NCBI RefSeq assembly: GCF_006345805.1
Contig: NC_042997.1
Coordinates: forward strand, 34,906,001 to 34,970,000
Direction: 5' to 3'
DNA from: Octopus sinensis
Lineage: Eukaryota
Length of the DNA: 64,000 nt
Shown piece by piece: positions 1 through 12,883 of this stretch. The translations under genes were made by a program, and so were the position numbers. Under the pieces are notes generated by a model. It was not told where the DNA came from. It saw only the letters and a program-made list of their open reading frames with translations, and ran no database searches. Position 1 is the stretch's first letter; every line of letters begins with the position of its first letter.

Positions 1-1447
1 GAAAAATTTGCATTATATCTTATAGTATTTTCTTGTTTTCGAAATGATAAAAAATGCTTTCCATTTCATCTACGTTATAAATCAATTATTTGGGAATGTA
101 AAATGAAGTTGTCTGAAGCATAGATACGATATGAATTACATTTTTTATGAGCTGCAAGTCAAAACACCAAGTGAAAACAATTATTAGAATGGTAAAACAT
201 CATTATGAATAGACATACTGCGTTGGATCAGTGATATCCAAAGAGTAACTGAAAGATAAGAATGTTCATTACATAGCATTCATAAACAGTAGTTTTGAAC
301 TGCATAATCAGGTTCATATGAAAAGAGAGCAGAGAATAATGCATACAATTATTTCAGTGAAAGACGTATATTATATATTACATATCATGTGTTATACATT
401 ATATGTTTACATATGTGTTGTGCGTGCATGTGTGTGCATATATATTATATATAAATACTTATATAAATACTTATATAAATACTTATATATATATATATAT
501 ATACGCACATATGCACACACAGACTGTCGGATGTTGTTATACATCGCTTGCCACAATGCGCTTCCGCATCGTTTTAGCTTTTGAAGAATGTCATCCACAT
601 ATATGATACCAACACATATATATATATATAGTTAACATTTATCTTTCTCATACATAATATAAATGTATATAATTTCATTAATTTCTTAACAGTTCGAACC
701 CGTAAGAAGGAGATTCACTGCTATTTCTGATGGAGGAATATTTTCGCCGTAGACAAAATGGTGTAAACACATCATTTCGAAGCGCCCTCTTCCGGCTTGT
801 TGAATGCATGCATTTCGAATTGTTTATCTTCTCATCGGTATCAAACTAACGAAAAGGTGAGGCAACTCCGAATTGACAAAGTGACGAGGTTCCTCTTATA
901 AGGAACCAATAAATGTGTTTCGACTGATGGCGCTTGTCGGTTGCCACGCTGTAGTAAAATACATATAAAAGGCACTAAATAGTGAACGCGATGAATATAA
1001 AGTTCTTATCATTTCAAATATGTCTCGGAAATATCGACTCTTGTCTTGAAGGTTTGATACAGACGAAAAGATAATCAATTCGAAATACGTGTAACCACCA
1101 TTGCGCAAGAGAGCGCGTCGACTAACCACATTGTGTTTGCAGCAAGGATATTTTCCATGACAAACAGCTATGAATAGACTTCTTACGTATTCTAAAATAT
1201 CTCAGACATAGCTTAAACCCGTACACATTTTATATTTATCCCAATCAGTGTTCTGAGTGTCTAATCTGTGTATAATTATATTATTATAACTATATTATAC
1301 CTGCAAAATAATATATACAATATATACACGTATATATATATATATATATATACATAGATGTCTCAATGCATCCGTATATACATAACACCATGTATATATG
1401 TACATATATCATGCATTACACAGACACACATATATACACATACACAC

Positions 1448-1497
<50 letters not shown>

Positions 1498-1501
1498 TAT
1501 A

Positions 1502-2360
1502 CACGATAGGGTACCAGAAAGAAACCGGAATTATGCAGTATTAATTTATTCACTTAGTTTTACATTTTCTCACTTTTATCGCCTTAAAAGTATTATCTAT
1601 TTGAATCAATGATTCGGTTCGGACGTATTTTCCACTGTTCGAAGTAACAAATTGATGCCTTCTAACGCCTCCGTCGATTTTTCCTCATCACTTCCAAATC
1701 TGCAAATTCCGTAGCACCAGTGTTGACCTTCGAGAAAAAGTTTCGGATCAACTTCCAGCTGTCCTTTCAGTTCATGATAGGCATTCAGTTACGACAGCTT
1801 TTGATTGTCTGTTAGCAAGCGCGGTACATATTTTGCTGCAATTCATTTCATACGTAATTCCTCGCTGAAAAGTCATTAGCAGGAGTTCTAGGACACACCA
1901 GTCACATCAACAATTTCGTCAACTGTACGGTGATTGTCCTCTAATTTTTAAGGATATTTTCATTCGTTGAAGATGTTGATGGTCGCCTTGAACGAGGTTC
2001 GTTCTCCAGCGAAAAGTGACCATTCTTCAAGTGTGGAAACCACTTGTAAACGTGTGTTTTGCTTATGACAGCGTCCTTATAAGCTGTTTGGTGCATGACA
2101 ACTGTTTCGGTCACCGTTTTCCCCAACAGTAAAGAGAATTTCAAGGAAGCATGTTGTTTCTTCTTATCAGTCTTCTCAAAAATCGAAGAGCAGCGGGGAA
2201 TCACAGCAAAACAAAAACGCACTATGTGGCAGAAGGACTACTTTCGACGACATCGGTCCGCCGAATGTAGACTAAGTTTCAGACCAAGTGCCAGAAGCCT
2301 GAACTACAGCGGGATTGTCCCACAGAGAACATGTCCGGTTACTTTTATGTACCCTATCGA

Positions 2361-2361
<1 letters not shown>
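1502..2361 (-). mobile_element. Internally deleted mariner DNA transposon with both TIRs and TA TSD
   Basis: TIRs CACGATAGGGTACCAGAAAGAAACCGGA and (rc) CTCGATAGGGTACATAAAAGTAACCGGA, each flanked by TA. Transposase remnants include LKFSLLLGKTVTETVVM..AYKDAVISKTHVYKWF..KNGHFSLENEPRSRRPSTS, ..FSKVNTG, and a C-terminal FEQWK..IDSN..YF.GD. Confidence 0.9.
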
Positions 2362-2439
<78 letters not shown>

Positions 2440-2504
2440 TACACGCATACATGTATATAGACATACATGTGTATTCGTATAAAATTTTCCTAGGGAAATG
2501 TTTA

Positions 2505-2545
2505 CAGTGGCTTCCGATTTCAGCTTGTATGCCTTCATCAGACTG
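2505..2545 (-). ncRNA. Degenerate type-I hammerhead ribozyme motif
   Basis: CAGT-CTGATGA-A-GGC(atacaa)GCT-GAAA-TCGGAAGCC-ACTG: stem I, core and stem II are present, but the cleavage triplet is GCC instead of GUH. Confidence 0.5.
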
Positions 2546-2882
2546 TGCTTTACTTTCGTGTTTATTGGTTTTGTATAGTCTTTGGCAAATAGTTATTTGT
2601 GGGGGTATTATGCGGATGTAAGTGAATGATAATCTGTAGTAGTGTAGACATCCTGCAGATAAGTAGAGAGATAAAGGATGTCAAGAGCAAATTATATATT
2701 TATGCAATATAGCATCATAAATGTGGTGAGGTAATATATATTGGTTTCATGAAGGACATTTGTTATTGCTTATAGATCATCCAGACCAGTAGGTAAAGGT
2801 ATAAACAAATTCTAGTTAGGGTATTCGTCGCTCTTAGACTGTTATTGAGTTTTAATGTTGATAAGTTATAGGTTATACTGTG

Positions 2883-3020
2883 ACTGTGTGGTAAGTAGCT
2901 TGCTTACCAACCACATGGTTCCGGGTTCAGTTCCTTGTTCAAGTGTCTTCTACTATAGTCTCGGGCCGACCAAAGCCTTGTGGGTGTATTTTGTAGAAGG
3001 AAACTGAAAGAAGCCCGTCG

Positions 3021-3087
<67 letters not shown>

Positions 3088-3299
3088 ATTTGTGTGATTA
3101 TGTTTGTCCTCCCAACATCGCTTGACAACCGATGCTGGTGCGTTTACGTCCCCGTAACTTAGCGGTTCAGCAAAAGGGACCGATAGAATAAGTACAAGGC
3201 TTACAAAGAATAAGTATTGGGGTCGATTTGCTCGACTAAAGGCAGTGCTCCTGCATGGCCACAGTCACATGACTGAAACAAGTAAAATAGTAAAAGAGT
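2883..3299 (+). mobile_element. tRNA-derived SINE, family A (internal TA/TG microsatellite)
   Basis: Shares gtgtggtaagtagcttgc..ccacatggttccgggttcag..gaaactgaaagaagcc..ccgatagaataagtac..ggggtcgatttgctcgactaaaggc..catggcc.cagtc..gactgaaac with the copies at 4601, 7332 and 8114. Confidence 0.9.
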
Positions 3300-3526
3300 T
3301 TTTAAACTTATATGAAGAAATGTTTAAAACGGCTATTTTGGTGAAGTTAGGATTGAAGGGACTATGTTGCAATAAGGAAATATTAGAATATTTACCTGTT
3401 CATAGGGAGTCTATTTGTTTCTATATGTTCTTATTATATATGTCTACAAGGTGTTACCTATTCATCCAGATGAATGCATTAAGGATTTTTGCATACATTC
3501 GTATAGATAGATGGATAATACATACA

Positions 3527-3557
<31 letters not shown>

Positions 3558-3614
3558 GTACGTATATAAGTATGTATGTATGTATGTATGTATGTATCTA
3601 AGTAGGTAGGTAGG

Positions 3615-3690
<76 letters not shown>

Positions 3691-3826
3691 CATGCATGTA
3701 TAGGTATCTTTACACGCTGAAAATATGTACATATAAATTGCTTATATATATCATATACTTATATGCATAGGTAAATACATATGCATCTATAAATAATTCT
3801 AATACATATAATTATAACTATATATA

Positions 3827-3875
<49 letters not shown>

Positions 3876-4600
3876 ATATATGCTTACTAATATATGCATA
3901 TTACATATATACATGTAGAAGAACAAAGCAAAATAGAAAACATGTTTGTAAATAGTGAATATTTAAATATTAAAATACATAAAACGTATGCATCTCAAAT
4001 GTTCCTCCAAGTCTGCATTGAGAAGACAATAAACATGATGTATATATATATATATAAAACAAGAAGCGTACATATTGCATGGTTCATGGCCCAAATGCTA
4101 ATGCCTTTTCGAATTTTCATCATATTAATAATGCGTATATATGAACATTTTGGTAGAATTTACTTAAAGTTGTTACACCTTGAATCTTTAAATGAAGATT
4201 AACTTAATCATAATGCATATGTGTGTGTGTGTGTGTGTAAAGAGGGTTCACTGATCTCTGCTGGTGAGAAGGGATGTGTAAGATATACCAGCCTAACGAC
4301 CCTTAAAATTTAAGTAGGTAACTAAACGCCGAGAAAACTTGATACGTCACCAATACAATAAAGGATTTTTAAAAGAATAATTATGGTACGAAAATGCTTT
4401 TACATATCTGCCTCTAATTATATGTGTTGACTGAATACAGTTTATTGAAACAGAAAGGCATTAAAAGGCTATTTGTGATTTTAACCGTATTTGAAAGCAA
4501 CTGTTGTTCAAAACTATCCCTTGGTCCAATCTTTGTGTCTCCAGCTGTCTGTTCTCTATTTATTTCACGTATAGCATACCATATTCTATCTTTTCTATAT

Positions 4601-4808
4601 ACTCTTTTACTCGTTTACTTGTTTCAGTCATTTGACTGCGGCCATGCTGGAGCACCGCCTTTAGTCGAGCAATTCGACCCCGGGACTTATTCTTTGTAAG
4701 CCCAGTACTTATTCTATCAGTCTCTTTTGCCGAACCGCTAAGTGACGGGGACGTAAACACACCAGCATCGGTTGTCATGCAATGCTAGGGGGACAAACAC
4801 AGACACAC

Positions 4809-4839
<31 letters not shown>

Positions 4840-5004
4840 CATATATACGACAGGCTTCTTTCAGTTTCCGTCTACCAAATCCACTCACAAGGCAATGGTC
4901 GGCCCGGGGCTATAGCAGAAGACACTTGCCCAAGATGCCACGCAGTGGGACTGAACCCGGAACCATGTGGTTGTTTAGCAAGCTACTTACCACACAGCCA
5001 CTCC
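4601..5004 (-). mobile_element. SINE family A, near full length, inverted
   Basis: Reverse complement of the 7332 copy along its whole length. Confidence 0.92.
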
Positions 5005-5630
5005 AATATATATATTTAAACACATTTTTTTTTGCTTTAATCTATCTACTCTACTTTCTTTCCTCTCCCTTTCATGTCTTTTGTCCTCTTCTTATCTATC
5101 TCTAAACTAAGACCCAGCATTTTAATCAATAAAATACAAATATATTTATTCTATATATCCATTCTTTAATAATCATACAAATCTAGTACTATGACTTATC
5201 GGTCTTCCATACATTGTATATGTATAAAAAAACAATTTTGTATGCTTGCGTAGAGTTGAAGCATTGGTGAAATCATGATGTTCTGCTCGTCTGGAGAGCT
5301 ACACACCTATATCTGCATTAATTTGTAAATATACAATTGCACAGTGCAATGTGGAAGATGCATATTGGGGCAGAAATGTAAATTAATCTGTCATAAATTA
5401 TCATCATTATTGCACGATGAAGACTACGAAACGGCTGTAACCGTATGGATATCAAATGGGTAAATAAATTTATTCATCTCTTATACCTCTCGACACTTTA
5501 TGGTCTATATCACCCTCATGAAGTAATTTCATCTATTGAATATCCTGAATTTCAGGTGTACACAAAAATACATGCATACATACATAGATACATAGATATA
5601 AATAAATATATATGTATATATCTATGTATA

Positions 5631-5713
<83 letters not shown>

Positions 5714-5772
5714 CTTATTTATTTATATATATATATATATATTTATTTATTTATTTATTTATTATTTATTTA

Positions 5773-6032
5773 GAGTGGTTGTATACTGTCAACATGACAG
5801 TCCCGTAAGGGTAGTACACCACCGCTATTTAGCCCTAGGAAGCATCGACGTTTCTGTCGGCCTTGACACATTTCCTGTGTCCTTATATATTTACGAAGGG
5901 GAGGACACATATATAAGGACACGGGAAATGTGTCAAGGACGACAGGAAGCGTCGATGCTTCCTAGGGCTAAATAGCGGTGAGGTAATTCCCTTACAGGAT
6001 TATCACGTTAAGTTGACAGTATACAACCACTC
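5773..6032. mobile_element. Foldback MITE (almost entirely palindromic), TA-flanked
   Basis: TA-GAGTGGTTGTATACTGTCAAC...GTTGACAGTATACAACCACTC-TA. Inner arms caccgctatttagccctaggaagcatcgacg..ccttatatat / atatataagg..cgtcgatgcttcctagggctaaatagcggtg surround an ~18-nt loop. Confidence 0.88.
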
Positions 6033-6089
6033 TATCGCTACACCATCGCACATATCTCTATGAGATATTTAGAAATTAGATATTTCTGA

Positions 6090-6318
6090 TTTATTTATTT
6101 ATTGTTTATTGGTTTCAGCTCAAAGCCGTGGCCATGCTGGGGCCCTGCTGTTTTGCTACACTGTTATTATTGAAACCTCTTCTGATTTGTGGCATTTGGT
6201 GAATAACGGAGATTGATGTCGCAAACTTCATTTGCACCGCGTGCCGCAAGATAAGTTCATCTGGGAATCTAGACAGGAAGAGATCCAGTTTTGATTTGAA
6301 AACACCTACATCCACTTT
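6090..6318 (-). mobile_element. 5'-truncated LINE 3' end (CR1/L2-superfamily-like)
   Basis: Encodes KVDVGVFKSKLDLFLSRFPDE..SISVIHQ, a typical LINE ORF2 C-terminus. It is followed by CCCCAGCATGGCCACGGCTTTGAGCTGAAAC and an (AATA)n-like tail. Confidence 0.7.
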
Positions 6319-6499
6319 GCATGTATGTATGTATGTATGTATGTATGTATGTATGTATGTATGTATGTATGTATGTATGTATGTATGTATGTATGTATGT
6401 GTGTATGCATGTACGTATGTATGTATGTATGCATGTATGTATGTATGTAGGTGTGTATGTATATATATATATGTATATATATATATATACATATATATG

Positions 6500-6532
<33 letters not shown>

Positions 6533-7331
6533 GTTTATGTGTGTGTGTATGTATGATGCTAGAATAATTGGATAATTAAATAGAATTATAGTCGCAAGTA
6601 TAAAAGATATATAGTTATATTTATCTATGAATCTATCTATCTACCTACGTATCTACCTATCTAAACACTTCTCACACTCTCTGTCTGTTAGCCTGGCTTT
6701 GCCTCTGTCTGTCTGTCTGTTTCTCTCTCTCTCTCTATATATATATATATACATATATATATCATATTCGTATAATATATATATATGTATATATATAAAT
6801 ATTATATTTATTGTACACCCCCGTACGTGTGTACGTGTGTGCATATGTGTCAATATGTATGTGCGTATTGGGGTATGACTTATTCTTAAAACTGCACGAA
6901 GTTAATTTTCATAGAGTAAAGTTTTTTTTTGTGAATGCGAAACCTTCAAACCTCAAAATAACTGATAACGGTATTAAGAAATTTCATAATGAAAAATTTA
7001 TCAGTTTGCCATTTATTAATAAATCTTAAATTCTGATACAGAAAGTTGCAGCTATAGAAAAAAGGTAACGCCATTTCTAAACGGTTAGGTAACCCCTGAA
7101 AAGTATATCTTACTGAACTTTGTATGACGGATTTCTTTTGCAATCATTTCGGGCTTCTCTATATACAACACATCCTAATTGTCATTCTTGCTGAACTAAC
7201 CCCGTCTGAGTTAAACTATTTTGAAAGCTCGTCTGCAATATATGTGAATTATGCTTAATGGTAAGATCAATAACATAATTACTCCATCTAGCGAGAGATA
7301 AATATCATTAAATAAACACAATATATACACA

Positions 7332-7744
7332 GGCGCAGGAGTGGCTGTGTGGTAAGTAGCTTGCTAACCAACCACATGGTTCCGGGTTCAGTCCCACTCC
7401 GTGGCATCTTGGACAAGTGTCTTCTACTATAGCCCCGGGCCAACCAATGCCTTGAGAGTGGATTTGGTAGACGGAAACTGAAAGAAGCCTGTCGTATATA
7501 TGTATATATATATATATATGTGTGTGGGTGGGTTTGTGTGTCTGTGTTTGTCCCCCTAGCATTGCTTGACCACCGATGCTGGTGTGTTTACGTCCCTGTC
7601 ACTTAGCGGTTCGGCAAAAGAGACCGATAGAATAAGTACTGGGCTTACAAAGAATAAGTCCCGGGGTCGATTTGCTCGACTAAAGGCGGTGCTCCAGCAT
7701 GGCCGCAGTCAAATGTCTGAAACAAGTAAAAGAGTAAAAGAGTA
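7332..7744 (+). mobile_element. SINE family A, full length
   Basis: GGCGCAGGAGTGGCTGTGTGGTAAG head, GGGTTCAGTCC B-box-like motif, internal (TA)n(TG)n, and a (GAGTAAAA) tail. Confidence 0.93.
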
Positions 7745-8113
7745 ATATGTTTGTATCTGCTTCTATTAGTTTCTCTAAATCAGCTTTAGACACATTAAGA
7801 GCGACTGCTTGTAAGGCCTAACAAATCGAGAAACATTGAAAAGGTCTAAAGTTGGATTTTTTTATGTTTTCCTGGACATAAACACTTTTTATAAACATTG
7901 CCATAAGCCCAACAAGAAACTTTCCTATATATACAAACAGTCTTGTCACACAACTGTAGTTTTTATAAGATTGATAGCTAACATTAGTAACAAAGTATTC
8001 AGCCTCTCTTCTGCTAAAGAAAGTTTCGAGAAGTCAGCTCACCACTACTACAACAATAGTGACTTTAAGGATGAATTAATACATAATTCCTACTTGCGCA
8101 GGAGTGACTTATA

Positions 8114-8264
8114 GGCGGTGAAGTGGTTGTGTGGTAAGTAGCTTGCTTGCCAACCACTTGCTTGTGGGTTCAGTCCCACTGCGTGGCACCTTGGTCAAGA
8201 GTCTTCTAGTGTAGTCTCGGGCCGACCAAAGCCTTTGGTAGTCAGAAACTAAAAGAAGCCCCTC

Positions 8265-8326
<62 letters not shown>

Positions 8327-8580
8327 ATATATATATATGTATATATATATACATATATGTATATATGTAGTTTGTGTGTCGGTGTTTGTCGCCCCACTAT
8401 CGCTTGACAATCGATGCTGGTGTGTTTACGTCCTCGTAACTTAGAGGTTCGGCAAAATTGACCGATAGAATAAGTACTGGACTAACAAAGAATAAGTTCT
8501 GGGGTAGATTTGTTCAAATAAAGACGGTCTTCCAGCCTGGCCTCAGTCAAATGACTGAAACAAATAAAAGAGTAAAAAGA
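8114..8580 (+). mobile_element. SINE family A, older copy
   Basis: Colinear with the 7332 copy but more diverged, with a longer internal (TA)n. Confidence 0.88.
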
Positions 8581-9385
8581 AAGGAGTATACAACCTCTCT
8601 AATAAAAATACGAATAATGGTAATAGACCTAAAAGTAAACCTAGGAAAGCCGAGAGGCTTTCGTAGACGAGCAGTTTCCAGAAAATCACAGGAACAGGAA
8701 AATATTTAATAGGCAATAGGGAAATTATCATGTAGCTACTGACCCAATATGAATAAGCAACATTAGAGTCGAACAACACAAAGTGCCCACTCTTACTTGT
8801 TACTGTCGAGATCCAGGAACCTGCCAACTCGACCAGTGATGTATCATTACATCCATCATATATGAGGCAGAAGTTCCAGCAACGCTAGATGATAACATAT
8901 TCGATAAGGAGATCTATATCGGTTTTTTTTAAGGTAACTTCAAAAATCGCTATTCTAACCACATAGCTTTCTTCCGACAGAGGCCAGTAAGTTGGCCAGC
9001 CACATATGTGGTTTGGAGTTTTACGTCACACCACCTATGATAAAGTGTAGAATAGTCGAAAAATTCACACCGTATGTCAAAGGATACAAAATGGAAGCTA
9101 TGCGTAGTGGAAAGAACTCCGAAACTTTTTTAGATCTAAGAAATGTATGACACTGCTGAATTCAACATTCAAAATTTTGAGCGGTTGTAAGCTCCATTTC
9201 AAAAGGCACTAATGTATACATATGGAACGTTGGTAAGTAATCCAATCAGCGAAAAGACAAAAATAGTGGGCGGAGCCTAAAGTAAGAAATATACTACCTA
9301 CAATGTTTGTGTTAATGTATGTCATTAATTTAATAATACAAAAAATACTAAAGCTAATATATATGTATATATATATATATATATG

Positions 9386-9432
<47 letters not shown>

Positions 9433-11165
9433 ATGCTTTACATCTATAAACGGTAACGTGTACCGGCTTCAACCTATGATTTTTATTATTGGTTAAACAA
9501 ACATCAAAGTACTATAATGAATGGACAGTGTTAACATTCATTGAAACCTTTTATATCTTTGTTTATTATACGAGGATATAAAAGAAATATATAATTATAT
9601 ACACAAGCAAGTATTAATAATACTGATATGAGTTACGTGTATAAACTGTATGAATCAGTCATAAACAGAATGTTGACTGATTTAATGGTGGATAATGTAA
9701 GCTGTGTAAAGATTACATTTGAAGATAAAAAGAAAAATATAAAAGCTAAAAAAACTTTTGATATCATTCGAAATAGGATTAAATCCCTCTACATAAAGGT
9801 TTGGAATAATGTGTCTATCACACCTTTCTCAAATATTAGGAATGAAGATAATTCATGGCCGCGGTTATGTTCATTCTGAATTTATACATATTTCGTTTCT
9901 TGGCACAAATATTGTTAATGAAGAGTCAGAGAGTTTGAATAGTAGATTTGTTTTATCTCTTTTACAAGAGAATAAAAGGTTTAGCAAAATTTAACTATGT
10001 TAATTTAGATGCCTGAAGATGCAGAGTTGTTGAAAATAATGAAGCGTAACTCATGTACTATGACTTATCTTTAAACGTATAATATTGGCAAAGGTTAAAA
10101 CAAATTCCCGGTAAGGCACTTATAATTACAGTGTTTCGCATTGTGGATGGTACTTATTGTATCGCCTTTTAACTTACAATAAGTAACGCTAGAAGGATTA
10201 GAAGAGAAAATTAAAATGTAGCTAGTTTAAGACAGTAGCTAGTTTAATATAGCTAGTTTAATGTATTTCGCTGAATTCATTATCAGTTGATTTAACCACT
10301 ATCATTATTTCACTATCGGATGACAAAAAGCAATATCATATACATGACCACCGATACAAAAGGAAATGTTGGCCTTCACTATTAGATTGAACCAATTTCA
10401 TTTTGAAATACTTTGGAAATACGTTAACAAATTGCTGATAAGTTTATGGTAGCATACCGAGATAAAGAATAAGAAATGGAAAATAAAGTTTTGGCTGCAA
10501 ATTTAATGAGAACAATAATTTTTGTAGATTACACAGGATTATAGAATAGGATAATTCTTGTATAGTGTACCTTGCTAAAACAAATTGAAGCGGTATTCCT
10601 TATATTTCGGTATGGACAATGGCTGTGTTTAAAATGGATTCCGGGAAAAGAAACCAACTAAATTCAGTTGTAGCAAGATGTAAATTTTCAATTTACAGGG
10701 TTGATATCGCAAGTAAAGCATTTAGCAGTGTGGCCAAAAATCACAATTTCAGTTCAAAATCTATGCTTTATAACACATTAATAAAAAGTGAAATGAAATG
10801 CATACTAAGTTATATCTATAAAAGTTTCTGCTTTAAAGAATCATTAAGATGAAAAAATACACAAAAATATTGCGAATTCATTATATCTGAAAATAAAAAA
10901 GATTTCGGTATAACATCAATAGCAAACAACATTCATAGCAATAGCAAAATTCATAAACAAGATTAATTATCAAAGCAGATTTGTAGCAATAGCAACGACA
11001 ATAGCAATAGAAAACATACACATAGCGAAATTGTAAAGCAAAAGAACTCAATGTTTTGTAAAATAGCAAGAAAGAAAAAAAATAAAAAGAAAAGTTAATC
11101 GTTAGGATATTGGTAAAACATGCAAAATTCATCCAGGCTTAATTATTATATAAAAATCACTGAAT

Positions 11166-11185
11166 GTATATACATGCATATATAG

Positions 11186-11264
<79 letters not shown>

Positions 11265-11275
11265 TGTATATCTTT

Positions 11276-11306
<31 letters not shown>

Positions 11307-11343
11307 TGTGTATGTATACATATTGCATGCATATATATTGTGC

Positions 11344-11382
<39 letters not shown>

Positions 11383-11495
11383 CACAATATACATGTGTAT
11401 AAAGGAAAAGAAAATTATTTCAGTATGAATAAACATTATATATATATATATACATATATATATGTATTTATATACAAATATATATGCATATTATG

Positions 11496-11528
<33 letters not shown>

Positions 11529-11550
11529 GTATATGTATATATATATATAC

Positions 11551-11598
<48 letters not shown>

Positions 11599-11600
11599 AT

Positions 11601-11666
<66 letters not shown>

Positions 11667-11673
11667 ATATATA
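11166..11673. repeat. Long interrupted (TA)n microsatellite array
   Basis: About 500 bp of near-pure AT alternation. Similar arrays lie at 12215-12545, 39096-39320 and 53935-54290. Confidence 0.95.
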
Positions 11674-12229
11674 TGAAGAATACAAGAGTGTGAGAGAGGG
11701 AAAAGCAGTCAGATATTGGTATTCATATAGTAGAACTAAGATATTAAACTGAACAGGGCAGAACGGAACAGACATTTATGAACCATGAGAATAAAGCGAA
11801 ATTGTCGCATTTACAAGAAAGAAATTTACCTATAAATATATTTCAAAGACGTTATATATGCATAGAATGAAACACTGTGTTCGTGGAGAGCATATATATT
11901 AGAACGCTTGTTATATGAAAACCTTCATAGAATACGTAAATACCTTAGCTTTCTGCCTCTCTCTATCTCTTTCTGACGATAATTATATACACATATAAAT
12001 ATAAATATGAATATGAATACAAACACACACACACACAAACCGCACACATATACAGACACACACTCACACAGACACACACACAAACACACACACAAACACT
12101 CGCGCACACGCATATATATTCAACGTGATCAAGCAATTCGTTACTATATATTCTCAGCTCTGTTTCTTGATAACTCTTTGGCGTATTTATGTACAAAATG
12201 ATTATCACATTGAGTGTATATATATATAC

Positions 12230-12292
<63 letters not shown>

Positions 12293-12513
12293 AGTATAAT
12301 ATAACATATATATATATATATGTATATTTATATATATATGTATATATATATTATATATATATATATGTATATGTATATTTATATATTTATATATTTATAT
12401 ATATATGTATATATATATATACATATATATATACACATATATATAACATATATATATATATATATGTTGTGTGTGGTATATATATATATAATATATATAT
12501 ATATATATGTATG

Positions 12514-12545
<32 letters not shown>

Positions 12546-12824
12546 TAAATGTGTTAATTTGTGGCGTACGTTATATTTATCGGAAATTCTGTTTTAGTAT
12601 AAAATTTTTATATTCACCATTACAATTTTTCAGGTAAGTTGTTATAAGGTTTCTTATATGCCTCTTCATAACTTGGAGTATTAAGGGCATTTTTTTTTTA
12701 TCAAATTATCTGAAAAGCTATATTTCGGCGGAAATATAGTTTTCCGTAAAACTTGAATAGGCAGATAACAGAAAGACGAACGTACATACATGTAGACATA
12801 CTACATACATACATACAACATAAT

Positions 12825-12883
<59 letters not shown>

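Noticed and set aside
9240-9282. CCAAT plus GC box (ccaatcag..gggcggagcc) as a promoter
   Set aside because: No associated gene start. The pairing is common in DNA-transposon remnants and cannot be supported from sequence alone.
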